64,000 bases of DNA, from positions 3,116 through 67,115 of the forward strand of contig JBDRAN010000028.1 of assembly GCA_043823745.1 (NCBI GenBank), written 5' to 3'. The stretch is from Candidatus Omnitrophota bacterium. GTDB taxonomy: Bacteria > Omnitrophota > Gorgyraeia > Duberdicusellales > 4484-171. The notes under the pieces were generated by a model. It made no database searches and was not told the origin of the DNA. It saw only the letters and a program-made list of their open reading frames with translations. The position numbers and the translations under genes are program-made. This document shows positions 39,563-48,389 of the stretch, in pieces (position 1 is the stretch's first letter; each line of letters opens with the position of its first letter).

Positions 39563-40552
39563 ATGGTTAATTTCTTCTACTCCATAAGCGGCTATATCTT
39601 TTTTTCCATCTTTCTTGTTTCTGTATTCTGCCTTTTATGTATCACCCTTTTTATAATTCTGAGACAGCGTAAAAAATTACAAAGTCAGTCGTTGCGCCTT
39701 TTAGCGGTGACCGAAGAAGAGCGTTTTACGCTCGAGCGGGCGCGTCATTTTGTTTACCGCCTCGATACGCGGGGGATTGCGCGCTATGTTTCTGCCTCGA
39801 TTGAAAGGATTACCGGCCGCCTGCCACAGGAGTGGCGTGCGCACTACGCTACCTTTCTTACTGATAATATCTGTAATCAGAAAGCGATCGAATATATTGA
39901 GAAGGCGCTGCGCGCCGGCGAGAAGCCCCCGGTTTTTGAGCTGGAGATGTTTCATAAAAACGGCAGGCGTATTTATCTTGAGATGAGCCTGCAGCCGACG
40001 CGTGAAGTCGGGAACGTAACCGGCATTGCGGGTATCGCGCGGGATATCAGCGAGCGCAAAGAAATGGAGAGGGAGCTGGCGAAAGCTCACGAACTTAGCC
40101 TTTCAATCATCAAAGCGCTTCCTTTCGGGATGGATATTGTAGATTATAACGGTAATATCCTGTATGCGAGCGAAAAGTTTATTGCAGCATTTGGGCATGA
40201 TATTATCGGTAAGAAGTGCTGGATTCTTTATCGGGACGATAAAAAGCAGTGCACCAGCTGTCCCCTGATAAAAGGTGTGGCGGTCGGACAGGTCCTGGTT
40301 TCAGAGGTGGGCGGTGTTTTGGACGGAAAAATATTTGAGATAACGCACGTCGGTCTTGTTTTTAACGGGGCACCCGCGGTACTTGAATTTTTTAACGATA
40401 TTACCGAGCACAAGCGTATTCAAGATGATCTTAATACAAAGGTCCAGGCGCTCCAGCGTTTCCAGAGCGTGACGATTGACCGTGAGTTAAAAATGAAAGA
40501 GCTTAAAGCGCGGATTGCCGAGCTTGAGGAGAAACTAGAAAAATATACATAG
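39563..40552 (+). CDS. Membrane-anchored tandem-PAS protein with a C-terminal coiled coil and no output domain.
   Basis: It has an N-terminal TM helix, two PAS-like segments and a final heptad-rich tail. Its stop TAG lies inside a family-B repeat. Confidence 0.65.
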   Translation: MVNFFYSISGYIFFSIFLVSVFCLLCITLFIILRQRKKLQSQSLRLLAVTEEERFTLERARHFVYRLDTRGIARYVSASIERITGRLPQEWRAHYATFLTDNICNQKAIEYIEKALRAGEKPPVFELEMFHKNGRRIYLEMSLQPTREVGNVTGIAGIARDISERKEMERELAKAHELSLSIIKALPFGMDIVDYNGNILYASEKFIAAFGHDIIGKKCWILYRDDKKQCTSCPLIKGVAVGQVLVSEVGGVLDGKIFEITHVGLVFNGAPAVLEFFNDITEHKRIQDDLNTKVQALQRFQSVTIDRELKMKELKARIAELEEKLEKYT

Positions 40553-40722
40553 CGTAGAGTCCCCTTTGGGGGAGGCTTCGCACCGTATAGCGTAGAGCGT
40601 AGAGGAAGAGAGGGTAAGTGTGAGAGGCGTAGTTTTAGAAATTTTTCTTTATTTTCTACTCTACGCTAAACGCTCCACGCTCTACGCTAAATCGTAGCAA
40701 ACGTTCTACGCTCCACGCTAGG
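40550..40722. repeat. Family B, copy B4: a long hairpin element that includes the 34-mer GTCCCCTTTGGGGGAGGCTTCGCACCGTATAGCG.
   Basis: The left arm is TAGCGTAGAGCGTAGAGGAAG. The loop is AT-rich. The right arm is ACTCTACGCTAAACGCTCCACGCTCTACGCTAAATCGTAGCAAACGTTCTACGCTCCACGCTA. Confidence 0.6.
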
Positions 40723-40739
40723 ATATGGATAACTAAATT

Positions 40740-42818
40740 ATGCTTAACCTAAAATTCGGAATCAGGCAGAAAGTAATCGTGATGATTTTTATTTCTGTTT
40801 TTGCCGCGGTTATCCTGACGGCAGGATTTTATTACTTTCTTGGGTACCGGTTCCAGGAGAAGGTTATGAGCGCGCAGTATTACCGTAGCGCCCAGATTCT
40901 TTCGCAAGCGTTAGGGAAAATGTTTAACGACCAGATGCAGTTTATACGAGTACAGGTGGCTACGTACCCATGGAACGACGACTTGGTTCGGGTCAATGCG
41001 CAGTATCAGGGTCGCGCGCAGGAATCGATTGTTGCCGAGCTTATGGAGAAAGATCAACATTGGATAGCGGATCAAGGCCAGGATGGAATCATCCGGCAAT
41101 ATTTGCAAAATCCCGCAAGCGAAAAGCTTGTGCGCCTGGTAGCTGCCGACCCTAAAATTGCGGAAATCTTTATTACCGATGCGTACGGTGGCCTAGTGGC
41201 TGCCTCGGGAAGAACTTCAGATTTTTATCAGGCGGACGAACAGTGGTGGCAGGACGGCTATGCCGGAGGAGCCGGGCGCGATTGCGTCGGTGACGTCGAG
41301 TATGACGCGTCCGCGAAGACCTTGAGTATTCCGTTTATAACGCCGGTGCGCGATGAAAAGGGGAACGTCTCAGGGGTTTGCAAGGCAGTGCTTAACCTTG
41401 AGGCGTTCCTTGAACCCCTCTCAAGCCTTTCGATCGGAAAAACCGGTCACGCCGCGTTGCTCAACGCAAACGGGCAGATCATTTTTCATCAGGGTATTAC
41501 CCCGTTAAGCCGGTTATTTTCCGACCGGAAAGATTTCAGCGTTTTCCTTGCGGAGCAACAAAAGTTCTCAATAGCGCCCTTGTCTCACGAGCAGAACGAA
41601 CGAAGGTTTTTCGTTAGCGTGCCTTTTATCTCGTCGTTATTCGCGGACAAACAAATGCGGTGGTATGTAGTGATTGAGCAGGCCGCGTCTGAGGTATTTG
41701 CACCGCTTGTTGAGCTGAACATCAAGCTTATGGCTGTTGCCGGGGTTACGCTTATTCTGATGCTGCCTTTGGGGTTTTTATTGGGGGGTGTTTTTTCCCG
41801 GCCTATCCTCGCTCTCCATAAGGCGATCACTAAAATTACCGAAGGTGTATGGGATTATGCGGTTGAGATTAAAAGCGGAGACGAGGTTGAACAATTTGCC
41901 GAAGCGTTTAAGAAAATGATTTTAACGACACGTAATAAACAGCGGGAGCTGATTGCCGCAAAAAATGAGCTTGAAGCGTTGGCAAAAAGCCTTGAAGATA
42001 AGGTCCGGGAGCGTACGGGGGAGCTTGAGCGTGTTAATAAGGCGAGCCTTAATATTCTTGAAGATCTGACCGAAGCGAAAAGAAATTTAAGCAAGTATTC
42101 CAAGGATCTTAAGGAAGCGATCATTGTTAAGTCAGACTTTACGTCTATGGTTTCTCATGAGTTACGCACGCCCCTGACCGCGATCAAAGAAGGTATTTCG
42201 ATCGTGCTTGACGGCACAACCGGGCAGCTCAACAAAGACCAGGAGAACTTTCTTTCGATAGCCAAAAGCAATGTTGACCGCCTCACGCGGCTCATTAACG
42301 ACATTCTTGATTTTCAGAAGCTCGAGGCGGGTAAATTAGAGTTTACGATGAAGGTGTATGACATAACCGAAGTTCTTTGGGAAGTTCAGAATACGATGGA
42401 ATCGGCGATTAAGGCGAAAAAGCTTACCTTTGCCTCTGAATTCCCCGGGAATCTGCCTGAATTGACCTTCGATCGCGATAGAATCATTCAGGTGATCATG
42501 AACCTTATTACCAACGCATGTAAGTTTACCGAACGCGGCGGCATTATCTTGCGCGCAGAACTGTTGGGTGAGTATGTTCGGGTATGCGTCGAGGATACCG
42601 GTTGTGGTGTTTCCGAGGGGGATATCCCTAAGCTTTTTCAGAAATTTACTCAACTGGAGACCGGTGTCAGCAGAAAAGTCGGCGGCACCGGGCTTGGCCT
42701 TGCGATCTCAAAACAAATTATCGACGCGCACGGCGGAAAAATTTGGCTTGAATCGGTAGCCGGCAAAGGCTCGAAGTTTTATTTTACCTTACCGATTAAG
42801 AAAGCGGATAGCGTATAG
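40740..42818 (+). CDS. Sensor histidine kinase with a periplasmic Cache-like domain, then HAMP, HisKA and HATPase_c.
   Basis: It has two TM helices flanking a periplasmic domain of about 280 aa. The H-box is VSHELRTPLTAIKEG and the G-box is GTGLGLAISKQII. It ends in KADSV, which is encoded by the repeat. Confidence 0.85.
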   Translation: MLNLKFGIRQKVIVMIFISVFAAVILTAGFYYFLGYRFQEKVMSAQYYRSAQILSQALGKMFNDQMQFIRVQVATYPWNDDLVRVNAQYQGRAQESIVAELMEKDQHWIADQGQDGIIRQYLQNPASEKLVRLVAADPKIAEIFITDAYGGLVAASGRTSDFYQADEQWWQDGYAGGAGRDCVGDVEYDASAKTLSIPFITPVRDEKGNVSGVCKAVLNLEAFLEPLSSLSIGKTGHAALLNANGQIIFHQGITPLSRLFSDRKDFSVFLAEQQKFSIAPLSHEQNERRFFVSVPFISSLFADKQMRWYVVIEQAASEVFAPLVELNIKLMAVAGVTLILMLPLGFLLGGVFSRPILALHKAITKITEGVWDYAVEIKSGDEVEQFAEAFKKMILTTRNKQRELIAAKNELEALAKSLEDKVRERTGELERVNKASLNILEDLTEAKRNLSKYSKDLKEAIIVKSDFTSMVSHELRTPLTAIKEGISIVLDGTTGQLNKDQENFLSIAKSNVDRLTRLINDILDFQKLEAGKLEFTMKVYDITEVLWEVQNTMESAIKAKKLTFASEFPGNLPELTFDRDRIIQVIMNLITNACKFTERGGIILRAELLGEYVRVCVEDTGCGVSEGDIPKLFQKFTQLETGVSRKVGGTGLGLAISKQIIDAHGGKIWLESVAGKGSKFYFTLPIKKADSV

Positions 42819-42834
42819 CGATTAGCGGATAGCA

Positions 42835-42928
42835 GGAAGTATTGGGTATAGAGTACAGAGTATTGAGTAGAGAATGAAAAATAAGGATTTATAAACTCAA
42901 TACCCAATACTCGTACACAATACGAACG
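42835..42928. repeat. Repeat family A, copy A3.
   Basis: It has GGAAGTATTGGGTATAGAGTACAGAGTATTGAGTAGAG...AAACTCAATACCCAATACTCGTACACAATACG. Confidence 0.6.
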
Positions 42929-42984
42929 CAAAAAACATCGTGATAATTGAGAGAAAGAGTGTATAATAACTCAATATTACAAGA

Positions 42985-43102
42985 AAGCGTTTAGCGGTTA
43001 GTCCCCTTTGGGGGAGGCTTCGCACCGTATAGCGAGAGAAAAAAGGAGTATAGAATTTCACATTCTTTATTTTCCGCCTCTATGCTACCCACTCTACGCT
43101 AG
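42985..43102. repeat. Family B, copy B5, which shares the 34-mer with B4.
   Basis: It has GCGTTTAGCGGTTAGTCCCCTTTGGGGGAGGCTTCGCACCGTATAGCG...CCTCTATGCTACCCACTCTACGCTAG. Confidence 0.6.
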
Positions 43103-43122
43103 ATCCCGGATGATGATAGTAA

Positions 43123-43539
43123 ATGCTTAACAATATGCCAAAATTAACTATATTGCTGGCTGATGATGAAAAAGATTTCCTGACTATGTTGGCTATGCGC
43201 CTTAAGGCGTGGGGGTATGAGGTCATCGTAGCGGAGGAAGGAGCAGAGGCAGTTAGGTTGGTACGCGATAAAAAACCCGATGTCGTTATCATTGACTATA
43301 TGATGCCTGAAATGGACGGTGTTGCGGCCTTGCGGGAGATTCGAAAAACCAATGCGGATGTGCCCGTTATTATGCTTACCGCGTATCCCGATAAACATTC
43401 TATCAAGGGGGCTGAAACGTTGGATGTTCTCGCGTATATACCTAAAGTGAGCGCTCATTCCGACACACAAGCGCTCCTGCGATCAGCGCTGCGTATGGCA
43501 GAGAGGGCGATCGGCAAAGGGAAAGCGGATAGCGTTTAG
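43123..43539 (+). CDS. Stand-alone single-domain response regulator.
   Basis: It has ILLADDEKDFLTML...VVIIDYMMPEMDG. It ends in KADSV plus a TAG supplied by a family-B repeat. Confidence 0.8.
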   Translation: MLNNMPKLTILLADDEKDFLTMLAMRLKAWGYEVIVAEEGAEAVRLVRDKKPDVVIIDYMMPEMDGVAALREIRKTNADVPVIMLTAYPDKHSIKGAETLDVLAYIPKVSAHSDTQALLRSALRMAERAIGKGKADSV

Positions 43540-43633
43540 CGGATAGCGCAGAGCGTAGAGGAAACGGAGAGTTTAGAAAATACTGTTCTTTTTATTCTCC
43601 ACTCTACGCTAAACGCTCCACGCTCTACGCTAG
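43524..43633. repeat. Family B, copy B6, which shares a 31-mer, ACTCTACGCTAAACGCTCCACGCTCTACGCTA, with B4.
   Basis: It has AAAGCGGATAGCGTTTAGCGGATAGCGCAGAGCGTAGAGGAAACGG...loop...ACTCTACGCTAAACGCTCCACGCTCTACGCTAG. Confidence 0.6.
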
Positions 43634-43641
43634 AATTAACA

Positions 43642-44967
43642 TTGAGGAAAATGGACGAAACAATCAGCCCCGCACAATTAGGTTCTATCAGAAGCGAAGA
43701 GGTAAGAAGGTTGTTTGAAGACATCGGCGGCCGCACCAAGCCGGTTCTGCAAAAACATGTTCTTGATCTATTGTCCGCCTATGGTGCTGGCAAAGAAGTG
43801 GCGGCTACGTTTGAGTTTAAGCGCTGCCTTGATATCCTTGTTGAAAAAATAGCGAATCTTCTTTCTGTTGAGATCGTTTCCCTGATGCTTAAGGAAAAAG
43901 GGACTGATGAGCTGGTGATGGAGATTTCCCGCGGTATAGAAAATGACGCGGCAAAAAGCGCCAAAGTAAAGATTGGCGATGGCATTGCCGGCTGGATCGC
44001 CTCAAGCGGCGAAGCGCTGCTGGTTGAGGATATAACGAAAGATGAGCGTTTCAGTTCTTGCGGCGGAAAGTATTATACTAATTCGTTATTGAGCGTGCCG
44101 CTTACCGTGAACAACGAAGTTATCGGTGTTATCAACGTTAACAATAAAACCTCAAAAACGGTTTTCTCAAGCGACGACCTCGACATATTAAGGATCGTCG
44201 CTGATCTTGCCGCGGTGGCTATTGAGAACGCTCGTTTTCGCAGGGATGCGGCCGCGCGCGAGCAGTTTAAATCAGATTTTATTTCCAACGTCTCGCATGA
44301 GCTGCGTACCCCGCTTACGGCTATCAAGGAAGCGGTGGGCATGACGTTAGACGGTATTACCGGAGAGGTGAACGATGACCAGAAGCGTTTCTTGCGCATG
44401 GCGCAGCAGAATATTGATCGTCTAAGCCGCCTGATCAGCGAGATGCTTGCGCTTGCCGCGTGTGAGTCAAGGCACACGGTACGCCGGCAGCTCTTTGACG
44501 TTGTCGAAGTCGTCAAGGATGCCGCTTTGTTTCTAAAGCCGCTGGCAAAAGAGCGAATGATTACATTCCTGGAGATGCTTCCCTCCAGTGTCATCGGAGT
44601 TTGGGCTGACCGGGATAAGATCAGCCAGGTTTTTATTAATCTTATCGGCAATGCGATCAAATATAATCGTGAACACGGACGGGTGGAGGTAGCGGTCGAG
44701 GACTCCGGCGATTTTGTTAAGATTGTAGTCTCCGATAACGGCATCGGTATCCCGGCGCAGGATCTGGAGCGTATTTTTGAGCGTTTTTACCGGGTTCAGC
44801 AGCGTGCCGAGCATAAGAACCGGGAAGGTTCCGGATTGGGCCTTGCCATTACCAAAGAAATTATCGACGCTTCAGGCGGAGAGATTTTTGTCAGCTCCCA
44901 GGTCGGGCGCGGCAGCGCGTTCACGGTAGCATTACCTAAAGATATGAGGAAGAGCGGCCATGGATAA
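43642..44967 (+). CDS. GAF-domain sensor histidine kinase (GAF, HisKA, HATPase_c).
   Basis: It has a GAF segment (IAGWIASSGEALLVEDI...VPLTVNNEVIGVINV). The H-box is VSHELRTPLTAIKEA and the G-box is GSGLGLAITKEII. Confidence 0.85.
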   Translation: MRKMDETISPAQLGSIRSEEVRRLFEDIGGRTKPVLQKHVLDLLSAYGAGKEVAATFEFKRCLDILVEKIANLLSVEIVSLMLKEKGTDELVMEISRGIENDAAKSAKVKIGDGIAGWIASSGEALLVEDITKDERFSSCGGKYYTNSLLSVPLTVNNEVIGVINVNNKTSKTVFSSDDLDILRIVADLAAVAIENARFRRDAAAREQFKSDFISNVSHELRTPLTAIKEAVGMTLDGITGEVNDDQKRFLRMAQQNIDRLSRLISEMLALAACESRHTVRRQLFDVVEVVKDAALFLKPLAKERMITFLEMLPSSVIGVWADRDKISQVFINLIGNAIKYNREHGRVEVAVEDSGDFVKIVVSDNGIGIPAQDLERIFERFYRVQQRAEHKNREGSGLGLAITKEIIDASGGEIFVSSQVGRGSAFTVALPKDMRKSGHG

Positions 44968-45334
44968 AAAAAGAATTTTGCTGGTTGATGATGAAAAAGA
45001 CCTTTCGGATACCGTACGCTTTCGTCTCCAGCATGCCGGTTACGATGTTTTGTGCGCGTATGACGGCTTAGAGGCAATTGAGTGCGCGCGTAAAGAAAAA
45101 CCCGACCTTATTATTCTTGATTTAATGCTGCCTAAGCTCGACGGCTATAAAGTGTGCCGCATGCTTAAGTTTGACGAGCAGTATAAAAAAATTCCGATAA
45201 TCCTTTTTAGCGCCAAAGCGCAAGAATCCGATAAGCAGCTGGGTAAGGAGGTAGGCGCCGATTCCTATATTACAAAACCATTTGAGCCCAGCGTACTTCT
45301 TGATAAGATTAAAGAACTGCTCGCATTACAATAG
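44960..45334 (+). CDS. Stand-alone single-domain response regulator (PilH/CheY-like) directly upstream of pilB.
   Basis: It has ILLVDDEKDLSDTV...LIILDLMLPKLDG. It overlaps the kinase stop by 8 nt. Confidence 0.8.
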   Translation: MDKKRILLVDDEKDLSDTVRFRLQHAGYDVLCAYDGLEAIECARKEKPDLIILDLMLPKLDGYKVCRMLKFDEQYKKIPIILFSAKAQESDKQLGKEVGADSYITKPFEPSVLLDKIKELLALQ

Positions 45335-45508
45335 GTGCCCGTCCGCGCGTGGCTATTGCAGCGTCTGTATAGAACGTTTTCCTCTGTTTTTGGTTTTGGT
45401 ACTATACCGTACGTATTACGGTTTTTGTCCGTATAACGGCAGCCTTTCGTCTGGTGTGCCGTATGATGTTCGTTCCCGGTGATGCCGGCGGCAGGAATCT
45501 GTGGAGGA

Positions 45509-47167
45509 ATGATGTGGCAGAAAGTCGATATTATTCAGTTATTGCTGAAACAGGGGATTATCAGCGCTGAGCAGCTTGCCAAAGCAAACGATGAAGTAAA
45601 GCGTACGGGCCTCTCGCTTGAGCGGGCACTGGAGAAGCTCGGGTTTATAAAAGAAGAAGATCTCACGAAAACAAAAGCTAATGCCCTGGGCCTTCCGTAT
45701 ATCAATTTAGAGAATTATATCGTGGATGCTGAGCTTATGAAGGTTATCCCCGAACCGGTCGCGCGCAAATACAATGCGGTCCCGCTCTTTAAGATCGGCG
45801 ATACGCTTACGGTCGGCATGATTAATCCGCAGGATATCGTAGCGCGGGATACGCTGCGCGCGCTCGCGAAGATCGAAACGATCGAGGCGGTGCTTGTATC
45901 CGAGCGGGGAATGCATACCGTTTTTGATTCTTATTATGGAGTTGTCGGTTCGATCGACGAGATCGTAAAGCTTATCGATAACGAAAAAAATCTGGGTGCC
46001 GGCGAGACGGCCGAGGCGCCCATCATTAAACTTGTTAACATGATGGTGCTGCAGGCGGTGAAGGAACGGGCTTCGGATATTCATGTAGAACCCGAAGAAG
46101 CAAGCGTGCGGATACGGTACCGTGTTGACGGCCTTCTGCATGAGATAAGCCTCCTGCCCAAGAAACTTCAAAATTCGGTTATTTCGCGCATTAAGATACT
46201 TTCGAATATGGATATCGCCGAGAGCAGAAAGCCGCAAGACGGGAGGATCCGTTTAGTCATGGAAGGGAAAGATCTCGACATACGAGTTTCTACGTTCCCG
46301 GTGGTTCATGGCGAGAACGTGGTTATGCGTCTGCTTAATAAATCGTCGGTTGTGTTGGGTCTTGAGCAGGTAGGATTCCTTGAGCGCGATGGCGCGGCTT
46401 TCGCTAAAATCATCCGCAGGCCTAACGGTATCGTGCTGATCGCAGGGCCGACCGGAAGCGGTAAAACGACTACGTTATACGCCGCATTGACGACGATCAG
46501 CACCATGGAAAAAAATATCATTACCATAGAGGATCCGGTAGAGTATGAATTACCGCTCATCCGGCAGACACAGGTTAACGTAAAGGCGGGGTTAACGTTT
46601 GCCAACGGCTTACGTAGTATCCTGCGCCAAGACCCCGATATTATTATGGTAGGAGAAATTCGCGATAAAGAAACCGCTGAGATCGCGATACAGGCCGCGT
46701 TGACCGGCCATTTGGTTTTCTCAACATTGCATACCAATGACGCTCCCAGCGCCGTAACGCGCTTGATCGATATGGGAGTCGAGCCATTTCTTATTTCAAG
46801 CTCTCTGGTCGGAATCCTGGCGCAGCGGTTGGTTCGCGTTGTGTGCCCGAAGTGTAAAGAAAAGCGCGTTGTGGCGGATGATGCGCTGCGGTCTTTAGGG
46901 ATCGCGCGCGATACGGAGCTCTATTACGGTAAAGGGTGTAGTTTTTGTAAGAATACCGGTTTTTTGGGGCGGACCGGCATTTTTGAACTATGTATTATCA
47001 CCGAAGAGGTCAAAAAATTAATCGACAGGAAAGCTTCGGCTGACGAGATAAAGGGAAAAGCTATGGAGCAGGGAATGCAAACGTTATGTGTTGACGGCGC
47101 CGTTAAGATAACGCGGGGCATCACAACGCCGGAAGAAGTCCTGCAGGTTGTTGAGACAAGCGGATGA
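45509..47167 (+). CDS. pilB: Type IV pilus assembly ATPase PilB (GspE family), with an N-terminal T2SSE_N domain.
   Basis: It has Walker A GPTGSGKTT and the Asp box, plus the His box and a tetracysteine CPKC...CSFC. An RBS GGAGGA precedes the ATG at 45509. Confidence 0.85.
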   Translation: MMWQKVDIIQLLLKQGIISAEQLAKANDEVKRTGLSLERALEKLGFIKEEDLTKTKANALGLPYINLENYIVDAELMKVIPEPVARKYNAVPLFKIGDTLTVGMINPQDIVARDTLRALAKIETIEAVLVSERGMHTVFDSYYGVVGSIDEIVKLIDNEKNLGAGETAEAPIIKLVNMMVLQAVKERASDIHVEPEEASVRIRYRVDGLLHEISLLPKKLQNSVISRIKILSNMDIAESRKPQDGRIRLVMEGKDLDIRVSTFPVVHGENVVMRLLNKSSVVLGLEQVGFLERDGAAFAKIIRRPNGIVLIAGPTGSGKTTTLYAALTTISTMEKNIITIEDPVEYELPLIRQTQVNVKAGLTFANGLRSILRQDPDIIMVGEIRDKETAEIAIQAALTGHLVFSTLHTNDAPSAVTRLIDMGVEPFLISSSLVGILAQRLVRVVCPKCKEKRVVADDALRSLGIARDTELYYGKGCSFCKNTGFLGRTGIFELCIITEEVKKLIDRKASADEIKGKAMEQGMQTLCVDGAVKITRGITTPEEVLQVVETSG

Positions 47168-47171
47168 CGGT

Positions 47172-48386
47172 ATGATTTCATTTCATTATCGTGCGCGGGA
47201 TAAATTTGGGAAGGTTGCGCGGGGAGTTATTACCGCTTCCTCGGAAGAGGACGTCGTAACGCAACTGAAGCAGGCCGGATATACCCCTGTCATTATCCTA
47301 AAAATCAAGCCGGCGGGCAGTTTCCAGAAGTTCATCAAAAGGTTCTCCGGAGTGCGTTTCGTTGATCTCAACATTTTTACGCGTCAGCTTTTTACGTTGC
47401 AGCGCGCGGGCATACCTCTTTTAAGCGCACTTCTTGCGCTCCAGGAACAGGCGACGAACGTGGTCTTAAAAGACGTTATCAGCCGCGTGGTCAAGGATAT
47501 TGAGGCTGGTACGAGTTTGTCGGGAGCCTTTGCGGCTCACCCTAAGGTTTTTAGCATTTTGTATATCAATATGATTAAAGCAGGTGAGGCCTCCGGAAGG
47601 CTCGAGGAGATATTGGAGCGCCTGGCTTTTTTAGGCGAACACGAAGAGAAAGTTCGCCAGCGTATAAGAGCGGCCATACGATACCCGATTATGGTCGTTG
47701 TCGCTATTTGCATCGCGTTTCTGACCCTTATTACCTTTGTCATTCCGCGATTCGCCAGTATTTATAGTCAATTTACCGTCGAGCTTCCGCTTCCGACCCG
47801 TATCCTTTTATTGATCAATCATATTGTCGTCTATTACTGGTGGCTGGTAGTATCGTGTGGAATCGCGGTTATTGTGTTTTTTTGGAGATTTTTCAAAACC
47901 AAAAAAGGGCGTTTGTGGCGGGATGATCTTATTCTCAAAATTCCTATCTTCGGCCCGCTTTTGCTTAAAATTATTCTTTCTCGTTTTGCGCGTATTACCG
48001 GGATCCTGTTACGCAGCGGCGTCAGACTTCTTGAAATTCTTGAGCTTACGCAGGAGGGCGTAGGCAATGTAGTCGTCGCGCGGGTTATTGACAATGTTCA
48101 TGATAGCGTTAACGCGGGGCGCGGGATGTCAGAGCCGATCCGGATCAGCGGAATGTTTCCCGCCGTCGTTGTCCAGATGATTACCGTTGGCGAAAATAGC
48201 GGTAAGCTCGACGAACTCTTATTATATATTTCCGACTACTATGATTCCGAGGTCGATTATATCATTGATAATCTTGTTTCATTGATCGAACCGATACTGG
48301 TTATTTTTTTAGGGTGCGCCGTGCTCTTTATGGCGCTGGGCATATTCTTGCCGATGTGGAATCTGATGAGCTTGTTTAAGCAGTAG
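47172..48386 (+). CDS. pilC: Type IV pilus inner-membrane platform protein PilC (GspF family).
   Basis: It has two GspF-type repeats and about 3-4 TM helices. Confidence 0.8.
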   Translation: MISFHYRARDKFGKVARGVITASSEEDVVTQLKQAGYTPVIILKIKPAGSFQKFIKRFSGVRFVDLNIFTRQLFTLQRAGIPLLSALLALQEQATNVVLKDVISRVVKDIEAGTSLSGAFAAHPKVFSILYINMIKAGEASGRLEEILERLAFLGEHEEKVRQRIRAAIRYPIMVVVAICIAFLTLITFVIPRFASIYSQFTVELPLPTRILLLINHIVVYYWWLVVSCGIAVIVFFWRFFKTKKGRLWRDDLILKIPIFGPLLLKIILSRFARITGILLRSGVRLLEILELTQEGVGNVVVARVIDNVHDSVNAGRGMSEPIRISGMFPAVVVQMITVGENSGKLDELLLYISDYYDSEVDYIIDNLVSLIEPILVIFLGCAVLFMALGIFLPMWNLMSLFKQ

Positions 48387-48389
48387 CGT

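Noticed and set aside
30186-43633. A CRISPR array, suggested by the recurring TAGCGTAGAGCG-type repeats.
   Set aside because: The repeats are inverted hairpin arms with irregular spacing. They lack uniform-length unique spacers and overlap gene ends. There are no cas genes. The pattern fits REP/MITE-like elements.
45509-45950. Calling the PilB N-terminal domain an MshEN-type c-di-GMP receptor.
   Set aside because: The segment LLLKQGIISAEQLAKANDE only loosely resembles the 24-aa MshEN motif, and the terminal Gln is absent. This is too weak to assert without an HMM comparison.
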